A DNA stretch of 64,000 nt from Mustelus asterias (lineage: Eukaryota), in NCBI RefSeq assembly GCF_964213995.1, contig NC_135815.1, forward strand, positions 54,932,001 to 54,996,000, written 5' to 3'. A program made the position numbers and the translations under genes. Shown here one piece after another: positions 11,656 through 25,759 of the stretch. The stretch's first letter is position 1. Every line of letters begins with the position of its first letter. A model generated the notes under the pieces. That model saw only the letters and a program-made list of their open reading frames with translations, had not been told where the DNA came from and searched no databases.

Positions 11656-14195
11656 GCTACCTCTGTGATTTCTAAAAGACATGGAGAACCATGGTGAATC
11701 CTACTGCTGTGGAACTCTCAGTGATATAATGGTTCACTGACTCCATGCGCAGGATCCTTAGTCCTGAAGTATGAGTACAATAAATCTGCCTGGGTGGCAC
11801 AGATGTTCTGCATCATGGAAACTAAAGGTTGCAATACTACCAGCTTGCCATTCGATCACACGAGGGAAAATCCATGGAATCAGTCAGAAAGTAATCCTAG
11901 CACCTCAGTTCATGATCTAAAATTGAAATATCCAGAATGTCTCAACAAAATTGGCAGTTTCAAGTGAGCTGCAACATTACACTTGCTGGAGAATGCAGCA
12001 TCCACTGACAAGTCAAATTAAAGGTCAAACTAGATAAAATGGAGAAAGATGGTATCATTAGAAGAGTACAAGATCGCACATACTGGTGCAGCTCAATTAC
12101 ATATGTCCTAAAGAAGGACCGATCATTGAGAGCATGCTTTGGTCCACAACATTCAAGCTCAACTTTGAAACATTGTCCTTACAAAATACTATATTGGAAG
12201 AGTTGAACAAGAAATTTGCAGGTGCAAAATTATTTTCAAAACGTGATACCAAGCATGCTACTGGTCCACACATCTTGCAGAGAAGTTCCAAGCTTAATAA
12301 ATTTCAGACCCTGCTCAGCCAATATTACTTTCAATGACTTCCTTTGCAGTTAGCTCTTAGTCAGAATCTCTTTCAAGCTCACAAGAACGGCATTACATGC
12401 ACTGTACCATCGATGTACCACTGTATCACCGATAGCATTGCCGTTGTGAGAAGAACAAAGCAAGAACATGACCATATTCTGCTCTTGTTGATGCAAGCGG
12501 TATATAATGAAGCATTGGTGTCCAACAGTCTGAAGTACAACATCAACATGCAACAGGTCAATTTCTTCAGTTCTATTTATTCCAGCACTGACATACATCT
12601 TGATCAAAAGTAAAATAGAGGATATTAAAGCCATGCCTACTGTTCAAGATAAAGAAAATCTTCAAAGATGTCTAGGTCTCTGTAATTTCTTCTCTCATTG
12701 CCAGTTTTGCTCAGAAGTCTTCATCACTAAAGGAATTGTTGAGAAAGGATGTGCTTTTCACAAAGTCCACCAACACCTCTTCGTAGCACTGAATCAGCGG
12801 AAGAATCCACGTTGTAATTTTACAATCCTAGGGAGACAATTTCCCTGCAGATTGATGGCTCACAGATACCTTGCATACTATAAAAAGGCAAACCAATAGC
12901 ATTTGCTTCAAAGTCTGAAATGCAATCCAACCACTCCAACGTCAAGCAGGAAACATTAGCTTTAGTGTTTGGAATCATACATTTTCATACCTATCTATTT
13001 GGCAAATGATTTGTGGCAGAAACTATTCACAAGTCACTGGAGATGATTTGATGAAAACCATTGACCAGTGTACTACCAAGATTGAAATGTCTGTTGATAA
13101 ATATTCAATGTTATGACTGGAACATTTGGTACAAGCCAGTTAACTTGATGGATTTCCTAACCCAGTGAAAACAGAAAGTATATCCTTAGATCTAAAGGTG
13201 ACTTCACTAATATTGAACTTGAAGATGTTCTCCTGATTGATTTGATACATTTTGCAAAACACAAATGCCAGCAGCTATAAGAAGAAACAGTGAAAGATTC
13301 TACACTTCAGAAACTATGGATAACCATAATTGAAGGAAGACCTGATTCTATCTAGCATGTTCGTGGACATGTGAGTCCATTTTGGCCTTCCTGGGATGAG
13401 ATAGACATCGGGGAACAGGTCATCATGCCAGAATCTTTGTGACCTGATAGATTTAAACAACTTCATCACTCATACATGGGCATGAGAAAACTCACAAGAG
13501 AGGCAGTCCATTAGGTGGGCACGAACAATGATCTTGAAGTCAGTGTCAAGAAGTGTGAAGCATGTCAAGAGGATTGGCTGAGTCAGCATGATGAATCACT
13601 GATTCCAAATGAAGCTTCTACCTATCCTTAGTCCACAATCACATCTGATCTCTTCCATGTAAGTTGCACTGACTTTGTCATCATTATCAACTATTTTACC
13701 AAATACCTCATAATTCGACATTTGTACAATATGTCAAGCACAACTGATGCATACTGAGCGCTATTTTCAGTTTATCTGGTGCACCTAAAGCAATCATACG
13801 GAAAATTGTATGCCATTTCAAGATATGTGCGAGAAGTGAAATATTGATTACACTACTTCTTCTCATTACCCAAGATCTAATGGCCACGCTGAATAAATGA
13901 TTTGCACAGTGAAATTCCTAATTCTCAAACGTAGATAGACCAAACAAGGTCAACACAATGTTAAATATGAAAGCGACATCTGTAAGTGCAAATACTCCAT
14001 CACCAGCAGAGCTCATGTTTGGCAGACCAGTGCATACCAATGTACCCACTCTTCTCCATTCTGCTCACTAAGAAATTAGCAAGCAGCTTTTAAAACTGCA
14101 AGAGAAGATGACCAACATATACAACAAATGTGCCAATGCACGATTGCCAAGTTTACAGTTGGGACAACAAGTTCACATACCAGATCCCACAACAG

Positions 14196-17100
14196 GTCAT
14201 AGAGTCATCGAGGTTTACAGCATGGAAACAGGCCCTTCGGCCCAACTTGTCCATGGCGCCCTTTTTTTTAAAACCCCTAAAAAATTATGAAGGGTATAGA
14301 TAGGGTGAACAGTGGGAAGCTTTTTCCCAGGTCAGAGGTGACGATCACGAGGGGTCACGGGCTCAAGGTGAGAGGGGTGAGGTATAACTCAGATATGAGA
14401 GGGACATTTTTTACACAGAGTGGTGGGGGCCTGGAATGCGCTGCCAAGTAGGGTGGTGGAGGCAGACACGCTGGCATCGTTTAAGACTTACCTGAAAAGT
14501 CACATGAGCAGTCTGGGAATGGAGGGATACAAACGAATGGTCTAGTTGGACCAATGAGCGACACAGGCTTGGAGGGCCGAAGGGCCTGTTTCCTGTGCTG
14601 TACTGTTCTTTGTTCTTTGTTCATTTGTTCTTAGCTAATCCCAATTGCCCGCATTTGGCCCATATCCCTCTACATCCATCGTACCCATGTAACTATCTAA
14701 ATGCTTTTTAAAAGACAAATTTGTACCCGCCTCTACTACCTCTGGCAGCTTTTTCCAGACACTCACCACCCTCTGCGTGAAAAAATTGCCCCTCTGGACA
14801 CTCTTGTATCTCTCCCCTCTCATCTGAAACCTATGCCCTCTAGTTTTAGACTCCCCTACCTTGGGGAAAAGATATTGACTATCTAGCTGATCTGTGCCCC
14901 TCATTATTTGATAGACCTCTATAAGGTCACCCCTCAGCCTCCTACGCTCCAGAGAAAAAAGTCCCAGTCTATCTAGCCTCTCCTTATAACTCAATCCATC
15001 AAGTCCCGGTAACATCCTAGTAAATCTTTTCTGCACGCTTTCTAGTTTAATAATATCCTTTCTATAATAGGGTGACCAGAATTGCACACAGTATTCCAAG
15101 TGTGGCCTTACCAATGTCTTGTACAACTTCAACAAGACATTCCAACTCCTGTATTCAATGTTCTGACCGATGAAACCAAGCATGCCGAATGCCTTCTTCA
15201 CCACTCTGTCCATCTGTGACTCCACTTTCAAAGAGCTATGAACATGTACCCCTAGATCCCTTCATTCTGTAAGTCTCCCCAATGCCCTATTATTAACTGA
15301 GTAAGTCCTGCCTTGGTTCAATCCACCAAAATGCATCACCTCGCATTTCTCCAAATTAAACTCCATCAGCCATTTGTCAGCCTACTGGCCCAATTGATCA
15401 AGATCCCATTGCAATTGGAGATAATTTTTTTCACTGTCTACTATGCCACCAATCTTAGCGTCATCTGCAAACTTACTAACCATGCCTCCTATATTCTCAT
15501 CCAAATCATTAATATAAATGACAAATAACAATGGACCCAGCACTGATGCCTGAGGCACACCGCTGGTCACAGGTCTCCAGTTTGAAAAACAACTCTCTAC
15601 AACCACCCTCTGGCTTCTGTCAAGAAGCCAATTTTGTATCCATTTAGATACCTCACCCTGGATCCCGTGAGATTTAACCTTATGCAACAACCTACCATGT
15701 GATACCTTGTCAAAGGCCTTGCTAAAGTCCATGTAGACAACATCAACTGCACTGCCCTCATCTACCTTCTTGGTTACCCCTTCAAAAAACTCAGTCAAAT
15801 TTGTGAGACATGATTTTCCACTCACAAAGCCAAACTGACTGTCCCTAATCAGTCCTTGCGTCTCTAAATGCCTGTAGATCCTGTCCCTCAAAATACCTTC
15901 CAACAATTTACCCACCACAGATGTGAGGCTCACTGGCCTGTAGTTCCCAGGCTTTTCCCTGCAGCCCTTTTTAAACAAAGGCACAACATTTGCCACTCTC
16001 CAATCTTCAGGCACCTCAACCGTGACTATCGATGATTCAAATATCTCGGCTAGGGGACCCGCAATTTCCTCCCTAGCCTCCCACAATGTCCTGGGATACA
16101 CTTCATCAGGTCCCGAAGATTTATCTACCTTGATGCGCTTTAAGACTTCCAGCATCTCCTTCCCTGTAATAGGTACACTCCTCAAGACATCACTATTTAT
16201 TTCCCCAAGTTCCCTAACATCCATGCTTTTTCCAACAGTAAATACCGATGAGAAATATTCATTTAGGATCTCACCCATCTCTTGTGGATCCGCACATAGA
16301 TGACGTTGTTGATCCTTAAGAGGCCCAACTCTCTCCCTTGTTACTTTTTTGCCCTTTGTGTATTTGTAGAAGCTCTTTGGATTCTCCTTTGCCTTATCTG
16401 CCAAAACAATCTCATGTCCCCTTTTTGCCCTCCTGATTTCTCTCTTAATTCTACTCCTACACCCCCTATACTCTTCAAGGGTTTCACTTGATCCCAGCTG
16501 CCTATGCATGTCATGTGCCTCTTTCTTCTTCTTGACCAGGGCCTCAATATCCCGAGTCATCCAGGGTTCCCTACTTCTGCCAGCCTTGCCCTTCACTCTA
16601 AGAGGAATGTGTTTACCCTGAACCCTGGTTAACACACTTTTGAAAGCGTGCCACTTACCAGACGTCCCTTTGCCTTCCCACAGACTCCCCCAATTAACTT
16701 TTGAAAGTTCCTGCCTGATACAATCAAAATTGGCCTTGCTCCAATTTAGAATTTTAACTTTTGGGCCAGGCCTATCATTCTCCATAGCTATCTTAAAACC
16801 AATAGAATTCTGATCACTGGTCCCAAATGATCCTTCACTAACACTTCTGTCACCTGCCCTTCCTTATTCCCCCAGAGGAGGTCAAGTTTTGCCCCCTCTC
16901 TAGTCGGGCAATCCACATACTGAATGAGAAATTCCTCCTGAATACACTCAACAAATTTCTCTCCATCCAATCCTCTAATACCATGGCTGTCCCAGTCAAT
17001 GTTGGGAAAGTTAAAATCTCCGACTATTACCACCCTATTTTTCTTGGAGCTATCTGTAATCTCCTTACATATTTGCTCCTCAATTTCCCACCGACTATTT

Positions 17101-18012
17101 GGGGGCCTATAGTACAACCCTATCAAAGTGATTTCCCCCTTCTTATTTCTCAGTTCTGCCTATATAGACTCAGTGGCCGAACCCTCGGATATATCCCCTT
17201 TCAGTACGGCTGTGATGCTTTCCCTAATCAAAAGTGCTACTCCCCCTCCTCTCTTACCTCCTGTTCTATCTTTCCTATAGCATCTGCACCGTGGAACATT
17301 AAGCTGCCAGTCCTGTCCCTCCCTTAGCCATGTTTCAGTAATTGCTATAATATCCCAGTCCCACGTACTCATCAATGCCCTGAGTTCATCTGCCTTGCCC
17401 GTCATGCCTCTTGCATTGAAATAAATGCAGTTTAATCTGGACTTCCCTTGCTCTCTGTCTTGCTCTTGCCTGATCTGTCTGGTACTAGTATTACTGACAC
17501 TGCCTTTACTACTTAATGTGCTCTCTTTAACTTCTGTGCTGTCCTCAAACTTCTCTTCTGTCTCCCTACTGCTTTGGATCCCACCCCCCTGCCAAACTAG
17601 TTTAAACCCTCCCGAGTGGCTCTAGCAAATCTCCCCGCCAGGATGTTAGTCCCCCTCCAGTTCAAATGTAACCCATCCCTCTTGAACAGATCAGCCCTTC
17701 CCCAGAAAAGGTCCCAATGATCCAAAAATCTAAATCCCTGCCCCCTGCACCAGCTCTCAAGCCAGGCATTCATCTGCCTAATCCTCCTATTCCTACTCTC
17801 ACTAGCACGTGGTACCGGTAGTAGTCCTGAAATTACTACCTTCGAGGTCCTGCACGTTAGCCTTCTGCCTAACTCTCTATATTCACATTTCAGGACCTCA
17901 TCCCTTTTCCTACCTATGTCGTTGGTACTAATATGTACAACGACCTCTGGCTCACCCTCCCCCTTAAGAATGTCCTGCAAGCTCTCAGAGACGTCCTTGA
18001 CCCTGGCACCAG
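14196..18012 (-). mobile_element. HER1/CR1 LINE: complete but disrupted ORF2 plus 3' half of ORF1 (SGNH esterase), 5'-truncated
   Basis: ORF1 PGARVKDV..VHISTND..DGLHLN (17597-18010). ORF2 APE (IAITETWL, GDFNFP) and RT (YMDFSKAFD, GVPQ, FADD, RPHLEYCVQFWSP) split by stops and frameshifts. Tail repeat (ctatgact)n at ~14196. Confidence 0.95.
14281..14631 (+). mobile_element. CR1 3' fragment (subfamily of the 54-56 kb copy) nested in the 3' UTR of the preceding CR1
   Basis: Close match to 56058-56406, with a (tgttctt)n tail. The host resumes ccctaa|gctaatccc. Confidence 0.9.
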
Positions 18013-18442
18013 GGTATATGGCAGGTATATGGCAGGTATATGGCAACCAGCTGAAGTGATAAGAATTTGTTCTGAACCAAGGTCCTATGAAATTATTACA
18101 CACAAAGACACAATAGTGAGGTGAAACCAAAGACAAATCAGATCCATTCCAGCTCCTCAACCATCGAGTAGTCCTTTTGCATCTAGGAAAAGACCCTCAA
18201 AAGCAACCAGGAACAATACCTAAGGATGGCAATCCAGCAGATCACTGTGAGCAATTAAAGAAACCTCCAGACAAGGTTATCATTACACGGTCTGGACATA
18301 CCAGCAGATTACCTCTACACTTTTGTGACTCATAGATTCATCAGTTCTATACATCTATGTTCCGGCAACTAAACATGAACATGTATTGTAAATAGGTTTA
18401 CTTCTTTGGAAGGGGGAAATTATTCCTAAAAGGAAAGGGGGA

Positions 18443-18681
18443 TGTTGTATTATGCCTTTAAGGGAAAGCAGTGTGACTACAATGGAAATGTGTCAGGTGA
18501 TCCAGCTTTAGTTTCAATATAGCTTTTAAACAGAGCACAGATCAAATAGCTCTGCTTCCTGTCTGCTGTCCGCTAGCTTTCTGTCCATGTAGATCTGTTC
18601 TTGTGTCTTAATAAATGAACCCACAATATATTTACCCAACCCCTTCAAAGTGATTGATGCCTTGATATCATTATAAAAACA
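18443..18681 (+). mobile_element. Gypsy 3' LTR
   Basis: Follows the PPT; TGTTG...AAACA termini; AATAAA at ~18610. Confidence 0.8.
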
Positions 18682-18879
18682 AGGCAACTAGTGCCAGTAA
18701 GAAATGAAAAATGTTGGAGGGTGTTAGCGCAACTGGGCATTTCTAATCACTTCCAACGTGACACGGGCCAATCGGCATGTTTTTGAGGATAATCTATGTT
18801 GTTCTGTAAGTATGCAGGGTGGGCAGAACGTGAGTCGGTCAGCATGTAAGACTGACTTGATGCCTGACATTGGCAAGAT

Positions 18880-20810
18880 GTGACAAGTGGAGTCCCTCAG
18901 GGGTCTCTGTTCTGACCTCAACTGTTTACAATTTATATCAATGACTTAGATGAGGGGAGCAAAGGCATGGTAGCTAAACTTGCAAATGGCACAGAGATAG
19001 GTAGGAAAGTATATAATGAAGAGGGCATAAGGAGGTTCCAGATGGATATAGATAGGTTGAGCGAGTGGGCAAACATCTGGCAGATGGAGTATAATGTGGG
19101 AAAGTGTGAAGGTATCCACTTTGGCAGGAAGAGTAAAAAAGCAGAATATTGCTTAAGCAGAGAACAACTGTAGAATTTTGAGGGATTTAGGTGTTCGAGG
19201 GCATGAGTCCCAAAATGATAGCACACAAGCACAGCAAGTAATTACAGAGGCTAATGGAATGCTATCCTTTATTATGAGAGGAATTGAACATAAAAGGATG
19301 TTATACTTCAGTTATACCCGACATTGAAGAGACCACATTTTGAATACTGGCCGGTCGAGAGCCGAAAAATGCTTCAGCTCTTGCGATCTTACAAGAGCGG
19401 ATTCCTGCTCTTTTAAATTAAATTTATTCTAATGTCAATTTGCATTTGTTTAGTGAGCCCAGTGCTAAATCGTCTGGGCTCGTTTGCCTTTACGGCCTTG
19501 TCGGGAGAGGTTCTCTCCGGTGAGGAAAACGTCTGCTCCCCGTGAATGGGGAAGAGTCGTGTTGGCCTCGCCGGTGGAACCAGAGGCCATTGAGACCCCC
19601 CAGCAAGGCCGAAGGCAAGAGGGTTGCCCCTTGGGCAGTGCAGCCTGGCAGTGCCACCCTGGCACCTTGGAACTGTCAGCCGGGCACCCTGGCAATATCC
19701 ACCGGGCACCTTGGAATTGTCCACCGGGGCTTATGGGGGACGGGCCTGAAGGGGCAACCCAACGTTGAAGGAAGGGGGCCCGCTGCCACTCTGCAGCACC
19801 AATTGGATCAGGGGAGGGGAGCATAATTGGTCTGGGCGGTGGCGTGGGGGGGGGGGGGGAGGGGGGAGGGGGCAGGGGTGGGGAGGGTGGTGGGGGCTAC
19901 ATGTCCATGCAGTATGGGGCTCGCGATTAGCGATTAGCAGGGGGAGGGAGAGTTTGTGAGGCTGCCTGTAACAGCAGGGGCCTGACAGCTCTCTCTCGGT
20001 CTGTTAGACCCCTGCTGTTGAAATTGCGCATGTGCAGAATCAGAGGTCTGCAATAGCTCCCTCTGCAGGCTGGCTGACGAATTAAGCCCAGCCCACTGCC
20101 TGCAGAAGCGAGAAATGACCTTGCCCATGTTTTCAATGTCTAAGTCCATACAATTGGGATTGAAAACTCACCCAAAAAACAGATCAGGAACTTTCCTATT
20201 TTCACACTAGCCTTAGGATCATTCACTTAGAATCATTCTCGTAAAATTCTGCCCACTGTCTATATTTCCCATCTCCTTATTTAAGGAAGGATGTAAATTT
20301 GTTGGAGATGGTTCAGAGGAGGTTTACTAGATTGATACCGGGAATGAGTGGATAGTCTTATGCAGAAAGGTTAGACAGACTGGGCTTATTTCCACTGGAG
20401 TTTAGAAGAGTGAGGGGTGACTTGATTGAAGCATATAAGATCCTGAATGACCTCGACCTGGATGTAGAAAGGATGTTTCCGCTTGTGGGTGAGTCTGGAA
20501 CTAGGGGCACTGTTTTTAAATTGGTGATTGCCCTTTTAGGACAGAGATGGGGAGATTTTTTCCTCTCGGAGGATTGTGCGACTTTGGAACTCTCCGCCTC
20601 AGAAGGTGGTGGAGGCGGGATCATTGAATATTTTTAAGGTGGAGATAGTTAGATTGTTACTCGGCAAGCGAATCAAAGGTTATCAGGATAGATGGGAATG
20701 TGGAATTTGAAACACAAATAGATCAGCCATGATTTTAGTGAAGGCGGAGTAGGTTTGAGGGGTCGAGTGGCCTACTTCTGCTCCTATTTCAGATATATCG
20801 TATGACCTGC
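18880..20810 (+). mobile_element. Old CR1 RT-to-3' fragment interrupted at 19349-20254
   Basis: GVPQG, IYINDLDEG, WANIWQMEYNVGKCE, RGDLIEAYKIL and a CR1 3' stem-loop tail. Confidence 0.88.
19349..20254. mobile_element. Non-autonomous Harbinger-type DNA element
   Basis: Splits the CR1 PHFEY|..SPY motif. 3-bp duplication act (19346-48 / 20255-57). Right end gtaaaattctgccc; GC-rich body with poly-G. Confidence 0.6.
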
Positions 20811-23732
20811 CATTTTGGAACTTGTTGCTATTGGCCATGCCTTCTCTTAAATACACGCAATATGTTCAGCTGCATGACGGGCACCCCTGCCACGCTATTT
20901 AAATGCATCATCATCCAACTTGCCGGTCAGCTGCTTTTGACAATTTCCTTACTATTACTGAAGAAGTTATGAAAAGTTGATCAAGTCAGCAGGGAGTGGT
21001 GCTGGGTATTATGAAGGTGTTCTGTGCTTCTGAAAGACCTCTGAGTAAACCACTTGCTCCTGCCATGGGGGTCAATAATGACATTTCCCCTTGGGTGACA
21101 GCGTTACAGGCGAATGGAGCAGTGACAGAGGGGGAAGCTGCTCGCAGAGGGAGGAGGAAGTGGAGGACTCTCACTGTTCACTGGCGGTAGGCTGATGAGA
21201 TCCAAGACCTATTCGAGACAATACAAATTTCTACCCTAAAGTCTGTTCCGACTGCTTCCAATGCAGAAGGCACTGAGTGACATCATTAAGATTTTAAATG
21301 TCATATTTTGCACCATTCATAAGTCTTTCCTATTTTCCCCTTTAAATTCAAGAGTTAATTAACTCAATTGTACAAATGCAGAATGTGCTGTAATATTATC
21401 AGTTCAAACAATGAAGAAGAGAGGCAGGAGGTTCCATCATCATTGATATTTGAACACAATACCGAAGGAGAAAACGCTGGTGAAATCCTCAGAGGGTTAA
21501 TCAAAGCTGCACATCACAACTTTTCACTTTGTTCCTTAAGTGACCTGTGGCTAGCAGCAGACCTGCAAAAGACAAGAGGGTTTCCAGAACATTCAAAAAA
21601 TGAAACATACTTCAGTGGTTAGATGCACAAGGACATCAGTCAACACCAATCAATACACGTGATGCTAGTCATGGATGATGAATTTGAAAGGGATTATAAC
21701 TATAAACTGTGATCAATAGAGACTTACTGGAGAAGGAAACCAACCTTAAAATGTTGTGCTGTTAATAAAGCACTGGGTCATACTTAAACAAAACTTCAGC
21801 AGTGCTACTCACTTGTCACCTAATTTCACAGTGATCCCCGTGCGCAAACACACGTAAAAAAAAAATCCTGACCACATCACAAGGCAATTGCTCCTAAAGC
21901 AGCATAAGATGTGTTTGATGTGAGCTGGCATCACAGAGGTCCCCCATGTCTACTCATTACCCCCCGCCCCCACTTCCCCAACACCACCTACCTCCCCTGA
22001 CCACGCACCACCCCCCCCACCACCCTCCTCCACCCCCACCCCCTCCTGCCTTCCTGTGTCCAGCCTGACTTCTCTGCCATGGGCACATGACTGATCAGGG
22101 CATTCATGACCATGACATTCCTCTCTGCAAACAAACCCACCCCAGCTTGATGTGAAAAATGCAGTGAGCCTGTGCTGCTCACCCACAGATGAATGGAGCT
22201 ATCTGTCTTGTCACCAGGGGTCATTGCAAGAGGTTATTGTCAGTATATACCTTGGCTTCTCTGCTGATGTCTGCATGCTGCTTGAAAAAAAATCCTGCCC
22301 CATAAAAGCACTTATCCAGTCCCTCTAGTACCCATTTCACAAAGCACCATCCCACACCTCTGGAGTAAGACCACAAGACTGATATATATTTTTTACTGGT
22401 GACCTTTTAGTGTCCTTCATGCCTTTGTGTGTAAACCATACACTGATATATGACGGCAATTTTTAGTGGTGCCACTTGTATCTGACTGATTACACACACT
22501 TTACATCTCTGGTCTGCCACTGTGCCACCCTTTCACGATCTCTATTCCTTACACTCTAACTACACAAGCCGGAGAGAGCGGGGATTAACTATTCCTCGCC
22601 CACAAATAATACCAAATTATACGTAACTGTTCTAGGAGTTTGAAAGGGAAGATTGGCTTGCAAAACAATCTCAGACACTCTTATAGAGATATCATGATCC
22701 TCCTGGCACCTGAGGGTGAAATGGGGGCAAATATTGAATTGCAGCTTTTACTGTTATCAGGTTTATTTTTTCAAATTAATTGTTGGAGCTGCAAGCCACG
22801 GCCCTTATCTCCCGGTCTCCAGATGGTAGCCCGGAGGATGTGTTACATGCCCTCTCAGAAGTCCCAATGTAAGGAGTCCATGGGAATTGCTTGGGAAGTT
22901 TTATCTTCCAATGGGCAACTCCCCTGCTCCCCTGAACCCACCAACAAAATCTCCAACTCTGACTTTGACTCAGACACTTCAGATAGTTCGAAACAACTAA
23001 CCATGACAGATATCTAGGAAATAAGTTTAAGTCTAACTCCTGGGTAGCTATACATGTGACCTCACCCCCGACTCCTGACTGCACCTCCCGAACTCCCCTG
23101 ACAATGTGACTTCATTGACTCTCCAACACCCCAGCCATCCAACCCTTGCCACAACCCTTTGACTCCCAACCCAATCCTCTGACCACCAGCCCACCCTCCA
23201 ATTCACCCAACCCTCCAATTCTCCCAACGCTTCCCCAGCCTTCCGACCTTCCTGACCCTCCCTCAACCCTCTGACTCTCCCCTGAACCTCCAACTCCCCC
23301 CAGTCCAACCTGGCCAGTCTACCATCCTACCCATCCTGCCCAACTGGCACCCTCTATCCACCATGCCTCCTACCACCCGAGCACCCCACCTCACTGACAC
23401 CCTAAACACCCTGCCACTTACCAACCTAACCATCCTACACGAATGGTATCCTATCCACCCTACCCACTTACCTCACTCACACTCATTCACTAACCACACT
23501 GAAAGCTATTTAAATCTCCCAAAGCTTTTCTCTTTGTTAGTGAATAAAGACTTACCAAAATACGACAGCTGGTGCCATAAAAAGAGATTGTGTCTTAAAT
23601 AACTTGACAATCCAACACAAAGAAAGACTCCTGGAACAGGTAAGCACCATGCTTCTGAAAAGGCCTGGTTCAGAAATCAGCCAGAAATGCACAGTTTCAT
23701 CTTAATGTAAATGAATAAATGTAAATGTAAAT

Positions 23733-24078
23733 GGGCGGCACGGTAGCACAGTGGTTAGCACTGCTGCTTCACAGCTCCAGGGACCTGGGTTCGATTCCCG
23801 GCTTGGGTCACTGTCTGTGTGGAGTTTGCACATTCTCCTCGTGTCTGCGTGTGTTTCCTCCGGGTGCTCCGGTTTCCTCCCACAGTCCAAAGATGTGCGG
23901 GTTAGGTTGATTGGCCATGCTTAAGTTGCCCCTTTGCGTCCTGAGATGCGGAGGTTAAAGGGATTAGCGGGTAAATGTGTAGGGATATGGGGGTAGGGCC
24001 TGGGTGGGATTGTGGTCAGTGCAGACTCGATGGGCCAGATGGCCTCTTTCTGCATTATAGGGTTTCTATGATTCTATG
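23733..24078 (+). mobile_element. HE1-type V-SINE
   Basis: Near-identical to 4251-4590. Confidence 0.93.
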
Positions 24079-24170
24079 AATAGGCAATCCAACGGTAATT
24101 GCTGCTCCTTGGAATATTCAGCCAGAGGTGATGTAGAAATCTCACATCAGTGACGGAATTACAAATACAA

Positions 24171-24532
24171 TTTTGATTTGATTTGATTTACATTTGCCAC
24201 ATGTATTGGGATACAGTGAAAAGTATTGTTTCTTACGTGCTATACAGACAAAGCATACCATTCATAGAGTACATGGGGAGAAGGAAAGGAGACGGTGCAG
24301 AATATAGCATTTTAGTCATAGCTAAGGTGTAGAGAAAGATTAGTTTAATATATGATAAGTCCATTCAAAAGTCTGATGGCAGCAGGGTCGGTTGGTAAGT
24401 GATCTCAGACTTTTGTATCTTTTTCCGAATGAAGAAGGTGGAAGAGAGAATGTCCGGGGTGCATGGGGTCCTTGGCTATGTTGGCTGCTTTTTCAAGGCA
24501 GCAGGAAGTGTAGATGGAGTCAATGGATGGGA
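24171..24532 (-). mobile_element. Rex1/Babar LINE 3' fragment
   Basis: (aaatc)n tail; homologous to 59680-60048. Confidence 0.85.
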
Positions 24533-25759
24533 ATTTTCATACAGAGGGAACATTGTTTTGCAAGACGTTCTTGGGAAACAACATAAACCTTTTAAACATC
24601 CTCTCAACGTATTCCTTAGCTTATCCCACAGTGGTTTAGACAATGCCTTCACTCTGTGTTCGTGATGTGAGAAACAGTAGGATGGCATTGAAACACAATA
24701 ATCATTGCCTTTGGTGAGCCTGTTCATTCTTAGGTAGGTCATCAGAGCTCTCTTCACAATGCAGTCATTTTACTTCAATGAAATCTTGTGAAAAAATATC
24801 AATAAAGTGTCATTGATTTTACCTAATATTAAAATTCTACAGTGTAAGTGACCCGTTTCCAAATAAAACACTGCTGATAGCCATTTTCCAGCTATCATTC
24901 GAAATTCACTCGATTTCAATTATGACAATGTCGATAGCCCTGGACCCACTGAGGTCACAAGTTCATGCTGTCCCTGTGGTTAAATTTGACCAGTTTTCCG
25001 CTGAAATCTGGTGAAGTTAACAAGTTTTACCTGATGTCCCACGTTACAGCCTTGCTGACAACGCAAGCTCCCTCCATGACCTCCTGGGATCAGACACCAG
25101 GTCAGGACAATAAATCTAATGTGATCTTGAGCAGTGCTTAGGCCAGGTAACTGACAGCGGGGATAAACTCAATGTTCGTCTCGACTCGCCCTCTGGTAAA
25201 TAGCTTTGTGATCAGTTGAGTCAAAGAGCAGCCAGAGTGGAGCCTGACTCTTACGCTGCCATGTGGGAAAAAAAGATGTGTGAAGGTATTTGGTTGTAAC
25301 AGGAGGTAATGTGAGCTCCCCCAAAGGCTTACAATCTGCTCCAGCACTAAGCCAGGAATTGTCCAATCTCTTGGAGCTGGAGTGAGGATATTTACATCAA
25401 AACCATTGAGTGGGACGCATGAAATATGAGCCCCAATACACAGAACATTCAATTGTTCGCCCCGCGTAGCCCCATACACAAAAATGTCAAGCTCCTATGC
25501 TTAAAAGAAAGACCATCATACAGCTCTCACACCCAAAGATTTAGGGCCCCTGCATACAAAGAGTTGTAAATTCCAATAATGCACAAACAATATGAGACTA
25601 CATACGTATAAACGCACAATACCCACATACAAAAATCCTGAACACTGTGCACAAAATTTTAAGTTGCCCCTACCTAAAATAAGCGACATATCAATATAAA
25701 AAATCATTTGTTTGTTCCTCAGGCCTCACTGGCCACCCACATCTGCATGGGGTCGGCAT

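Larger units (their letters stand above)
9748..18681 (+). mobile_element. Decayed Gypsy LTR retrotransposon (gag-pro-RT-RH-IN, 3' LTR) with nested insertions; no 5' LTR seen
   Basis: gag-like YLAIGNEGLHRL (~10330), protease AKIDT (~11515), RT (FAGAKLFSKRD, ~12220), RNase H (FGIIHFHTYLFG, ~12970), integrase (HMG, C..C, HYPRSNGHAE ~13865). PPT 18428-18442 and LTR 18443-18681. Confidence 0.85.

Noticed and set aside
19840-19900. Poly-G/C runs (also ~22010, ~28265, ~28470, ~36085)
   Set aside because: Homopolymer tracts inside repeat remnants. Their length is unreliable and there is no evidence of function.
21368-21622. Strong minus-strand splice acceptor at ~21563 and an 84-aa plus-strand ORF
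   Set aside because: All three frames after the acceptor stop within ~20 codons and no protein family is recognisable. A non-coding exon cannot be excluded.
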